Source: Methylibium sp. (GTDB taxonomy: Bacteria > Pseudomonadota > Gammaproteobacteria > Burkholderiales > Burkholderiaceae_C). Taken from it: a DNA stretch of 26,651 nt. Shown here one piece after another: positions 1 to 9,371 of the stretch (position 1 is its first letter; the number at the start of each line of letters is the position of its first letter). The DNA is taken from contig JBEIRS010000001.1 in assembly GCA_040375795.1 (NCBI GenBank), positions 1 to 26,651 on the forward strand, written 5' to 3'. Below the pieces are notes generated by a model. That model was not told where the DNA came from and made no database searches. It worked only from the letters and a program-made list of their open reading frames with translations. The position numbers and the translations under genes are program-made.

Positions 1-1674
1 CACTTCACCCCGCGTGAAGTCATTCGCTTGATGGTTCAGTTGCTGTTCACTGGCGAGGACGATGTGTTCACACCCGCCATCTCACGCAGCGTGTATGACC
101 CAACTGCGGGGACTGGAGGCATGTTGTCTGAGTCTGAAAAATACATGCTTGAAAAAAACCCTGATGCGAATATTCAGTTGTTCGGCCAAGAATACAACCC
201 CGAGTCCTATGCCATCTGCTGCTCGGATCTTCTGATCAAGGATGAGCCGATCGACAACCTGATCTATGGTGACACTCTGGGCATCAAGGACGCCAAGAAC
301 AAGACCAACGGCTTTGTGCCGTTGGATGGCCACCCGGACAAAAAATTTCACTACATGCTGGCCAACCCGCCCTTTGGGGTGGAGTGGAAGCCAGAAGAAG
401 ACTTCGTGCGCGAGGAGTACTTGACCCAAGGCTTTTCCGGCCGCTTCGGCGCGGGCCTGCCACGCATCAACGATGGCTCGCTGCTTTTTTTGCAGCACAT
501 GATCTCGAAGATGCACCAGCCGCCCAAGCTGGTCGATGGCAAGAACGTCGGCGGTGATGGCTCCAAAATCGCCATCGTCTTCAATGGCTCGCCCCTGTTC
601 ACGGGTGACGCCGGATCGGGCGAATCCAACATCCGCCGCTGGATCATCGAGCGCGACATGCTCGATGCGGTTGTCGCCCTGCCTGATCAGATGTTCTACA
701 ACACCGGCATCTACACCTACGTCTGGATCGTCACCAACAAGAAGCCCGCGCACCGCCAAGGCAAGGTGCAGTTGATCGACGGCACCCGCCATGTCAAGAA
801 GATGGACAAGAGCCTGGGCAATAAGCGCAACGAGCTCTCGGACGACCACATCAGGGAACTGGTGCGCCTGTACGCCGAGCATGACCACAACGGCACCAGC
901 CACGTGCTGGTGGACGGCAAGCCCGAACGCCGGGTTTGCAGCAAGCTCTTCGAGAACCGCGAATTTGGCTTCTTGAAAATCACCGTGGAACGCCCGCTGC
1001 GCTTGAACTTCTGCGTCAGCCAAGAACGCATCGCCACGCTGGACGAACAAAGTGCCTTTACCAATCTGGCGAGCAGCAAAAAGCGAAGGGATGATGCCGC
1101 CTATCGCGCCGACATTGCCGCCGGCCAGGACACGCAAGCGGCGATCAAGGCTGTGTTGCTGAGCGTAGAGAGTGACACCCTCTACCGCAACCGCACCGAG
1201 TTTGAACGCCTGCTGACCGACACCCTGCACGATGCGGGCATCAAAGTCGGTGCGCCAGTCAAGAAAGCGATTTTGGCGGCGCTGTCGGAGCGCGACCCCC
1301 AGGCCGACATCTGCCTAGACGCCAAAGGCAACCCGGAACCGGATGCCGAGCTGCGCGATACCGAAATCGTGGCCCTGCCGGAGGACATTGAATTGCCGTT
1401 ACCGCTCGGCTACGGGGATGGAGGAAGTGGCGAAACCGGCCACGACAAGCTGTTGGCACTGGTGAAAGACCACTGCGAAGACTACCTCAAGGCTGAAGTC
1501 CTGCCCCATGTACCTGATGCTTGGATCGACCACAGCAAGACCAAGGTGGGCTACGAAATTCCGCTGACCCGGCATTTCTACGTCTACCAGCCCCCGCGCC
1601 CGCTGGAAGAGATCGCAGGCGAAATCAGCCAACTGGAGAAAGAGATTGTGGCGATGTTGAGGGAGGTGGTGTGA
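1..1674 (+). CDS. hsdM: Type I restriction-modification methyltransferase subunit M (5'-partial, runs off window start)
   Basis: Frame is open from base 1 (HFTPREVIRLM). Contains SAM-binding motif I DPTAGTGGML, catalytic motif IV NPPF, the LPDQMFYNTGIYTYVW motif and the C-terminal GYEIPLTRHFY. Its stop overlaps the hsdS start (TGATG). Confidence 0.95.
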   Translation, partial: HFTPREVIRLMVQLLFTGEDDVFTPAISRSVYDPTAGTGGMLSESEKYMLEKNPDANIQLFGQEYNPESYAICCSDLLIKDEPIDNLIYGDTLGIKDAKNKTNGFVPLDGHPDKKFHYMLANPPFGVEWKPEEDFVREEYLTQGFSGRFGAGLPRINDGSLLFLQHMISKMHQPPKLVDGKNVGGDGSKIAIVFNGSPLFTGDAGSGESNIRRWIIERDMLDAVVALPDQMFYNTGIYTYVWIVTNKKPAHRQGKVQLIDGTRHVKKMDKSLGNKRNELSDDHIRELVRLYAEHDHNGTSHVLVDGKPERRVCSKLFENREFGFLKITVERPLRLNFCVSQERIATLDEQSAFTNLASSKKRRDDAAYRADIAAGQDTQAAIKAVLLSVESDTLYRNRTEFERLLTDTLHDAGIKVGAPVKKAILAALSERDPQADICLDAKGNPEPDAELRDTEIVALPEDIELPLPLGYGDGGSGETGHDKLLALVKDHCEDYLKAEVLPHVPDAWIDHSKTKVGYEIPLTRHFYVYQPPRPLEEIAGEISQLEKEIVAMLREVV

Positions 1675-3020
1675 TGAAGCAATACCCCGCCTATCCCCAA
1701 TACTCGTCGCAAGGTTTTCCGATTACTTGGGAACGGAAACGCCTGAGATTTTCCGTACAAATGAATCCAAGCAAAAGCGAGATAGAGCTGGGTGATTCTG
1801 ATCTGGTTTCTTTCGTGCCAATGGATGCAGTAGGAGAATACGGGGGAGTCCGTCTGAGCGAACAAAAAGAACTGAGCGAAATTGGTGGCGGCTATACCTA
1901 TTTTTGTGACGACGATGTGGTGGTGGCGAAAATCACGCCGTGTTTCGAAAACGGAAAGTCAGCCTTGGCAAAAGGGTTGACTAACAAAACGGCTTTTGGG
2001 ACCACCGAGCTTCATGTTTTACGTGCACATGTCAATCAGGTTGCGCCGCAATTCTTGTTCTATCTCACCATTTCACACCTATTCCGAAAGCTCGGAGAGT
2101 CGGAAATGTACGGGGCCGGTGGGCAGAAACGGGTACCAGAAGACTTCATCAAGAATTTCCGAGCTGGATTCCCCTCACCAGTTGAACAACAAACCATCGC
2201 CCGCTTCCTCGATTTCAAAACCGCACAAATTGATGCCCTGATCGCAAAGAAAAAAGAGCTACTCGACAAGCTGGCCGAAAAGCGCACGGCGCTCATCAGC
2301 CATGCCGTCACCAAGGGGCTTGATCCGTCCCTGGCGATGAAGGAGTCTAAGGTTGAGTGGCTAGGCTCAATTCCGCAAGACTGGAAGGAAACAAGGGTCA
2401 AATATTTGGGGGATTTGATCCTTGGGTTAACTTATTCGCCAGATGACGTCGTAAGTGATGGTGGCACCCTCGTTCTGCGTTCCTCCAACGTCCAAGAAGG
2501 AAAAATATCCCTTGACGACTGCGTCTATGTCAGTTGCGACATACCAAAGAAGGTCATAACAAAAGCCGACGACATCCTGATTTGCTCGCGAAATGGGAGT
2601 CGCGCGCTTATTGGAAAGTGCGCACTACTAACAGAGGAAGTAAGCAATCAAGCCTTCGGTGCATTCATGACAGTTTTGCGGTCGAGACATGCTCGATTCT
2701 TGTATTATGTTCTCAATTCAACCCTGTTCAAATTCCAGTCTGGCCGATTTCTCACATCAACAATTAATCAGCTAACTACGCAAACACTTGGGGATTTTGA
2801 AATTGCGTTGCCGCCTGAAGAAACGCAAGCAGAAATCGTCAACCATCTCGATAAAGCTACTGCGGCAATTGATGCTCAATGCAGAAAAGCGCAAACCGTC
2901 ATCGATCGGTTGACCGAGTATCGTGGCGCGCTGATAACCAACGCCGTCACCGGAAAAATCGATGTGCGCGGTTTTGAAATTCCACAGACCGTAGAAATTC
3001 AGGAGCCCGCTCATGCCTGA
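1674..3020 (+). CDS. hsdS: Type I R-M specificity subunit S (about 448 aa, two TRDs)
   Basis: ATG at 1674 is coupled to the hsdM stop; the ORF-track start at 1521 is too early. Two repeated conserved helical blocks (EQQTIARFLD..IDALIAKK..LISHAVTKGLD and TQAEIVNHLD..IDAQ..LITNAVTGKID) separate two variable TRDs (KITPCFENGK/GGQKRVP and LRSSNVQ/STINQL). Confidence 0.93.
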   Translation: MKQYPAYPQYSSQGFPITWERKRLRFSVQMNPSKSEIELGDSDLVSFVPMDAVGEYGGVRLSEQKELSEIGGGYTYFCDDDVVVAKITPCFENGKSALAKGLTNKTAFGTTELHVLRAHVNQVAPQFLFYLTISHLFRKLGESEMYGAGGQKRVPEDFIKNFRAGFPSPVEQQTIARFLDFKTAQIDALIAKKKELLDKLAEKRTALISHAVTKGLDPSLAMKESKVEWLGSIPQDWKETRVKYLGDLILGLTYSPDDVVSDGGTLVLRSSNVQEGKISLDDCVYVSCDIPKKVITKADDILICSRNGSRALIGKCALLTEEVSNQAFGAFMTVLRSRHARFLYYVLNSTLFKFQSGRFLTSTINQLTTQTLGDFEIALPPEETQAEIVNHLDKATAAIDAQCRKAQTVIDRLTEYRGALITNAVTGKIDVRGFEIPQTVEIQEPAHA

Positions 3021-4054
3021 TCTCGTGCCCCTGCCGCCCGATTACGCCGCTTGGCTCAGCGAACTCAAAACCCGCATCCATAGCGCCCAGCAGCGTGCCG
3101 CGCTGGCGGTCAACCGCGAACTGGTGTTGCTGTACTGGCAGATTGGGCAGGACATCTTGCAACGGCAAAGCAACGAGGGCTGGGGTGCCAAGGTGATTGA
3201 CCGGCTGTTGCGCGATTTGCGGGCGGCCTTTCCAACGATGAAGGGGTTTTCAGCGCGCAACCTCAAGTACATGCGCTACTTTGCCGAACATTGCCCGGCG
3301 CAGCAATTTGGGCAGCAGCCTGCTGCCCAAATTGCCGTGGTTTCACATCGTGACCCTGCTCACCCAGCTGCAAACGCCCGCGGAGCGGGAGTGGTATGCC
3401 TGCCAGACGGTGCAGCAGGCGTGGTCACGCACCACGCTGGAGCTGCAAATTAAAAGCCGTCTGATGCAGCGCCAAGGCCAAGCGGTGACCAACTTTGGCG
3501 CTCGGTTGCCCGCTCCTGATTCGGGCTTGGCGCATGACACGCTCAAAGACCCCTATCTGTTCGACTTTCTGGGCTTGGGCCATGACGCGCACGAGCGCGA
3601 GATTGAAACCGCTCTGGTGCGCCACATCACCCGCTTTTTGCTGGAGCTGGGCACGGGCTTTGCCTTTGTGGGGCGTCAGCACCGCCTCGAGGTGGCAGGC
3701 GATGAGTTCTTCATTGACTTGTTGTTCTATCACACCCGTTTGAAGTGTTATGTGGTGGTGGAGTTGAAGGCCGTGGCTTTCAAGCCCGAGCATGCCGGGC
3801 AGCTGAACTTTTACTTGGCGGCGGTGGATGCCCAAGTCAGAGGGCCGGACGACAACCCCACCATTGGCCTTTTGCTGTGCAAAACGCACAACCGGCTGGT
3901 GGCGGAATATGCATTGTCGGGCATTGACAAGCCGATTGGCGTGGCCGAATACGCTCTGGTGCGCGACTTGCCCGAGCGCCTGAGCACCAGCCTGCCGACC
4001 ATTGAGGACCTGGAGCAAGAGCTGGGCGATTTGCCGGACGATGCGGCCCTGTGA
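3013..4054 (+). pseudogene. yhcG: DUF1016/YhcG-family PD-(D/E)XK nuclease-domain gene split by a +1 frameshift near 3329-3331
   Basis: The N-half (AVNRELVLLYWQIG..WGAKVIDRL..KGFSARNLKYMR, 3013-3330) and the C-half (LPWFHIV..LKDPYLFDFLGL..FIDLLFYHTRLKCYVVVELK..GQLNFYL..PTIGLLLC) lie in different frames. Removing one A from GCC CAA A TTG CCG TGG restores AQLPW. Confidence 0.85.
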
Positions 4055-4107
4055 ACAGAGTGAATTGGTCCAACAACTTGCTGGACACATGGGAGGAAAA
4101 CGGATTC

Positions 4108-7100
4108 ATGCACAAAGAAATCGACTTTGAAAACGACATTGAGAATGCGAAAATTGAGCTCGGTGTCTACGAAAAAGGTGATCCCCACAAATAAGACCAT
4201 GAAGCGGCCCTGTTTCCGGCAGATGAGATAGCCTTTGTGCAAAAGACGCAGCCCAAGATCTGGACGCGCCTGACTCAGCTCGACGCCGCCCAAGCGCCCG
4301 CGCTGCTGCTGGACAGCTTGGTGAAGGAGCTTGCCGCCAAAGGCGCCTTGGGCGTTTTGCGCGAGGGTTTCAAGTGCGTGGGCAAGACGGTGCGGCTGGC
4401 CTACTTTGCGCCCAACACCGGGCTCGACCCGGCAAGCACCGAGCGTTACGACGACAACCGCCTGACCATCGTGCGGCAGGTGAACACCAAGAGCGGGTCT
4501 ATCCCCGATGTGGTGTTGGCGGTGAACGGCTTGCCCGTGGCCACGCTGGAGCTCAAGAACCCGATGTCGGCCACGCGCTGGAACGTGGAGCACGCCAAGC
4601 ATCAATATCGGTTTGAGCGTGACCCCAAGGAGTTGTTGTTCGCCTTCAAGCAGCGTTGCCTGGTGCATTTTGCCGTGGATACCGAGCTGGTGTTCATGAC
4701 CACCAAGCTGGAGGGCAAAGACACCTTCTTCCTGCCCTTCAATCTGGGGCATGACTTTGGTGCGGGCAACCCGCCAGTGATGAATGACCATGGGGGCGAT
4801 GTGCGCACCTCCTATCTTTGGCACAAGGTGTTGACCCGTGACAGCCTGATGGACATCCTGGCCCGATTCATCCATTTGGACGTCGAGGAAAAGACCATCG
4901 TCACCGACAAGGGCATCAAGCGCCACCGCAAGGAGACGATGATCTTCCCGCGCTACCACCAGTTGGATGCAGTACGCGCACTGACCGACCACGCGCAGGT
5001 GCATGGTTCGGGACACAACTACTTGATCCAGCATTCCGCTGGTTCAGGCAAATCGAACTCGATTGCGTGGCTGGCGCACCGCCTCTCCAGCCTGCACGAC
5101 GCCAGCAACGAGAAGATTTTCCATTCGGTGGTGGTGATCACCGACCGGCGCGTGCTGGATCAACAGTTGCAGGACACGATCTTCCAGTTTGAACACAAGC
5201 TGGGCGTGGTGCAAAAGATCGACGAAAACACACAGCAGTTGGCCAAGGCGCTGGCCGATGGCGTGCCCATCATCATTTCCACCATCCAGAAGTTCCCGTT
5301 CATCACCCAAGCCATTCGCACGATGGAGGCCAACGGCAAAGGGGTCGCCATCTCGACCGCGGGCAAGCGCTTCGCGGTGATCGTGGACGAGGCGCACAGT
5401 TCGCAAAGTGGTGAAACCGCCATGGAGTTGCGCAAGATCCTGAACAAGGACGGCATTGAATCCGCCATTGCCGAGCAGTTGTTAGACATGGACGACGATG
5501 CCTTGAGCGAAGAGGCAAAGAAGGAGCTGCTGCGTGAACAACTCAAGCGTGCCAAACAACCCAACTTGAGTTTCTTTGCCTTCACCGCAACGCCCAAGTT
5601 CAAGACAATGGCCGTTTTCAATGAACCCGGCCCCAACGGCAAAGCGCCTTTTCACCACTACAGCATGCGGCAGGCCATCGAGGAAGGCTTCATTCACGAC
5701 GTGCTGGCCCACTACACCTGCTATAAGCGCTACTACAAGCTGATCCAGAAGGTGGAGGCAGACCCCGAGGTGCCGCGCCGCAAGGCCGCCCGCGCACTGG
5801 CGCGGTTCGTCGAGTTTCACGACTACGAAATCGCACAGAAAGTCGAAGTGATCGTGGAGCACTTTCGCACCCATACCCGCCACAAAATGGGCGGCCGGGC
5901 CAAAGCGATGGTGGTGACCGGCTCGCGCGAACACGCTGTGCGCTACAAGCTCGGGTTCGACAAGTACATCAAGGACAAGGGCTACACCGACGTGAAATCA
6001 CTGGTGGCGTTCTCCGGAGAAATCACGCTCAAAGAGTTCGCCGACAAAAAATTCACTGAAGTCAGCATGAACCACGGCATCAAGGAATCCGAGCTGCCGG
6101 AGAAGTTCAACACCGAGGAATACCAAGTCTTGCTGGTGGCCGAAAAGTACCAGACGGGTTTTGACCAGCCGCTGTTGCACAGCATGTACGTCGATAAGCG
6201 CTTGTCGGGCATCCAGGCGGTACAGACACTCTCGCGCCTGAATCGAATGACACGAGGCAAGACCGACACCTTCGTGCTCGATTTTGTCAACGAGCCTGCC
6301 GACATTTACACCGCCTTCAAGCCCTATTACGAGACGACGGACAGGGGTGATGACACTGATCCGCAACAGCTCAATACCTTGGCGCACACGCTTGCCAACT
6401 GGAAAGTCTATACCGAAGCCGAGGTCAGTGCTTGGTGCGAAATCTGGTTCCGCAATCGTCTGAACCCCACGGGCGGCGAGCACAAAAAATTGAATGGCCT
6501 GCTCGATCTGGCAATGGAGCGGTTCAAAAAGTTCGCGGAAGAAGACCAGAACCTGTTCAAGGGGCAACTCGTCAGCTTTCGCAATCTGTACAGTTTTATT
6601 TCCCAGATCGTGCCTTACCAGGATTCCGATCACGAGAAGCTGTACACCTACGCCCGTTTTCTGCTGACCAAGCTGCCGCGCATCACGGACAACCGGAGGG
6701 TGCAGATCGACGACGAAGTTGAACTCAAGTATTACCGACTGCAAAAAATCAGTGAGGGGGCGATTGATCTGAAAGTGGGCGAGCCAGAAGCCTTGTACGG
6801 GCCAACAGCGGTAGGCACCGGCCACGCTGATGAGGACGTACAGCTTTCCAGCCTGGTTGAAAAACTCAACGAACGCTTTGGAACCGAGTTCACCCCGGCC
6901 GACCAATTATTTTTTGATCAAGTTCGCGAAACCGCGGTGGGCAATGAACAGTTGCGACAGGCCGTCATGGCCAACAGCATCGAAAATTTCGAACCGGTGT
7001 TTAACAAGCAGCTTGAGAACCTGTTCATTGAGCGCATGGATGGCAACGAAGAAATTTTTGTCCGCCTGATGAACGATAAGGCATTTCGGAATGTGGCGGC

Positions 7101-7161
7101 GAGCCATCTGATGCGGGCCGTGTACCAACAAATCCGAACATCCGGCAAGAACGGCGAGTGA
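4108..7161 (+). pseudogene. hsdR: Type I restriction endonuclease subunit R with an in-frame TAA at 4192-4194 (nonsense mutation or sequencing error)
   Basis: GGAGG RBS at about 4092 and ATG at 4108 (MHKEIDFENDIE..YEKGDPHK*DHEAALFPAD) are in frame with ORF 4237-7161. Contains the nuclease motif PDVVLAVNGLPVATLELKN, Walker A QHSAGSGKS, DEAH, FTATPK, QTGFDQP and QTLSRLNR. Confidence 0.9.
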
Positions 7162-7236
7162 CGAGATTGGTCACGATCGTTGATCGAGCCGCTGCGTCCG
7201 GTGACCTGGCTGTTTTTGCCCGCCACATGAGCGGGT

Positions 7237-7531
7237 TCATTCCAAAATCCCTGATGAATTGACAATCCGGTTCCACTCCAGCGCCCGCTTGCGCCAGTAA
7301 CTGACCAGCATGGGGCTGCGCGAGGTACTGCCCCCGGTTTTGCGCACGCAGGCTGCCATCAGGGGCGAGAGACAGACCAAGATTGGCGCCATCCAGCTTT
7401 TCCTCCACCACCACGTCACCCGCCAGCAGTGCCGTCACCTCGTCAGGCGACAGCACCTTGTCGTCACGCGGCGAGCCTTCGCCCAGCCACGCCAGGTGAG
7501 GTGTGTGGGGGAAGCGGAAGAAGTCGGTCAA
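7237..7531 (-). pseudogene. ATP-dependent RNA ligase-family gene remnant with a large internal deletion
   Basis: GAGGA RBS then TTG at 7531 gives TDFFRFPHTPHLAWLG..VVVEEKLDGANLGLS..LRAQNRG..PHAGQ (nucleotidyltransferase motif I KxDG and a motif Ia-like NRG). At 7298/7299 this joins abruptly, in another frame, to WRKRALEWNRI, which I recognise as the C-terminus of this family. The central motifs III-V are absent. Confidence 0.72.
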
Positions 7532-7545
7532 TCGACGATCCTCAC

Positions 7546-8073
7546 TCAGCGCGCCTGTTTCTCGGCATGTTTTTGCCTTGACCATTCTTCAATGATGGGC
7601 TCCAGTAAAACGCTATTGGCCAGAAGTTCAGCCTCCCAGTCATGCCAATCAGTGTCACTGGCAAAAGCAACGCAGCCCTCGCCATATTGCCGGTGTGAAT
7701 CTAGCGCAGCGGCTACCATTTTCTTGTCTGCGTCGTCATGGATCACAGCCAGAAGTGGTGGCTGCAATACGCCGTGCCCATGCTCGTCATAGGTAACATC
7801 GACGTTGTTAACGGCCGCCGTGCTCCACTTGTGGATCACCACCTGAATGCCGAAATCGTTGAAGCCAAGCTTCTTGCTGTATTCCTCGTAGATACCATTC
7901 GCTGAATCCAAAACCATTCGGGATGTGCTGCCCTGAAAATCATTCAACCATTGCCAGATCCGCATACGTAATCGCGGGTCAGCAGGTGTTGCATCAATAT
8001 CCTTGGGATGGGTCGGATCTGCTGCGCTGCCTGCAATCAGCACATTGGTATCGACAATGTAGCGATCCCTCAT
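7546..8073 (-). CDS. PIN-domain (VapC-like fold) putative ribonuclease, 175 aa
   Basis: N-terminal YIVDTNVLIA (D8), GIYEEY (E63/E64), HDDADKKMVAAA (D116) and FASDTDW (D140/D142) give the acidic PIN tetrad in the expected order. Its ATG overlaps the stop of the upstream ATPase (ATGA). Confidence 0.75.
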   Translation of the reverse strand: MRDRYIVDTNVLIAGSAADPTHPKDIDATPADPRLRMRIWQWLNDFQGSTSRMVLDSANGIYEEYSKKLGFNDFGIQVVIHKWSTAAVNNVDVTYDEHGHGVLQPPLLAVIHDDADKKMVAAALDSHRQYGEGCVAFASDTDWHDWEAELLANSVLLEPIIEEWSRQKHAEKQAR

Positions 8074-9371
8074 ATTTTGTTCTCCTGCTGGCGCGTGAAC
8101 ATCAAGCGCGCCTGCTCTCGCGTCTCACCCAAGGCATCGCCAAAGAACCCCTCTGGCCAGTTTTTCACACGCCCGAAATCATCCAGCTCCAGCGGCCGCA
8201 TGCGTGCGGGCATGCGTTCGGCTTTGTCGTCGTCGCGCTCGACGAAATACAGCGCCGCGTCTTTAGGGGTGATTTGCTGCTTGGCGATCAGCGTTTGCAT
8301 GCGCCGGAACAGGTGTTCGGAGTGGGTTTCGACGATGAACTGGACGTTGCGCTCTTGGCTGACCTCTACGAATAACTCAGCTAAAACAGATTGCGCCCGA
8401 GGATGGAGGTGAATCTCTGGTTCTTCCAGGGTGATGGTGCTTCCCTCTGGGGCAAAATAAGCAATGGTCAGCACGGGCAAGACTTGTGATATGCCTATAC
8501 CGACATCGCGTAGGTTTGCTTCAACACCAGCGCGGTGTACCACCAGCTCGTAGCGCGTCGAACGCCCAAGCTGCTTGACCTCCAGTTTATCGGCCACGTT
8601 CATTCGCACCAACCACTTGGAAACGCCTTCAATGATGCGGTTTTGATCGTCGCCTTTCATCAAAGAGCTCGCCAGCAGTACATCAAAAGTCCGATGACCA
8701 TCGCTGCCTACTTCACCGGGTTTGGTCTTATTCCACGGGTAATCTCGTTCAGGCTTACGACGTAACGGGCCGAGATAAACAATATTGTCTAGTTCACGGC
8801 GAATGGACAAGCTTAAGTCCTCAAGCACGGCACCATCTTGTCCCAGCATGGCGATGGCTTCTGCGGACAAGGACACGGAGCGCTCAGGGGATAAATGACG
8901 CCCTTTTTCTCGCGGCAGGCTCTCTTCATCAACCACGATCGAATACGCACCTTTATCGCGGCGCACAGATCTAAATTGACGGTTATCCGTTTTTACCAGC
9001 CAATCTTGAATCGCCACACCACCAGCCGAGTTCTGACCGTAGGTGCAAGAAAAATGGCCGCTGCCAACACGGGCAGGAGCGGGGGATTGAAAAGAGAATG
9101 CCAGCGTAAAATATCTTGGATTCACCGCCCCTTGGCGCAATATGTTGTCAAAGTCGCCGAAATTAAAGAGATCATTGACTTCATCCCCGCCCAAGTTTAA
9201 ATGGATACTGCGATCTGGCGATTGCACTGTTTGTTTAAGTAGCAAAAGACTTTGTATCAACGTGGATTTGCCTGATGAGTTAGTGCCAAGCAGCATGGTA
9301 ACTGGCTTGAGGTCAATATCACCCGTGTTCTCCCAAGCTTTAAAATTAGTGAGTTTTAATCGGGTAAACAT
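8070..9371 (-). CDS. ABC-superfamily ATPase (AAA_21/AAA_15 type) with a C-terminal DUF3696-like tail, 433 aa
   Basis: Likely start is ATG 9371 (MFTRLKLTNFKAW). Contains Walker A GTNSSGKS, YLGPLR, signature-like NLRDVGIGISQVLP, Walker B/D-loop ITLEEPEIHLHP, H-switch IVETHSEH and C-terminal LDDFGRVKNWPEGFFG typical of DUF3696. Confidence 0.9.
   Translation of the reverse strand: MFTRLKLTNFKAWENTGDIDLKPVTMLLGTNSSGKSTLIQSLLLLKQTVQSPDRSIHLNLGGDEVNDLFNFGDFDNILRQGAVNPRYFTLAFSFQSPAPARVGSGHFSCTYGQNSAGGVAIQDWLVKTDNRQFRSVRRDKGAYSIVVDEESLPREKGRHLSPERSVSLSAEAIAMLGQDGAVLEDLSLSIRRELDNIVYLGPLRRKPERDYPWNKTKPGEVGSDGHRTFDVLLASSLMKGDDQNRIIEGVSKWLVRMNVADKLEVKQLGRSTRYELVVHRAGVEANLRDVGIGISQVLPVLTIAYFAPEGSTITLEEPEIHLHPRAQSVLAELFVEVSQERNVQFIVETHSEHLFRRMQTLIAKQQITPKDAALYFVERDDDKAERMPARMRPLELDDFGRVKNWPEGFFGDALGETREQARLMFTRQQENKI

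Noticed and set aside
82-1230. 382-aa minus-strand ORF
   Set aside because: Antisense shadow of hsdM with no recognisable motifs; typical of GC-rich coding DNA.
3811-6906. Long minus-strand ORFs (3811-5034, 5998-6906 and others)
   Set aside because: Antisense shadows of yhcG/hsdR with no independent evidence.
7158-7262. 34-codon plus-strand ORF whose GTG overlaps the hsdR stop (MTRLVTIVDRAAASG..)
   Set aside because: The overlap looks like coupling, but the ORF is very short, has no recognisable motif and overlaps the ligase remnant. Not supportable.
7546-9371. Assigning ATPase+PIN to Menshen, PARIS, Septu or a VapBC toxin-antitoxin pair
   Set aside because: No DUF262, TOPRIM, HNH or small antitoxin gene is adjacent. 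Left unassigned pending HMM searches.
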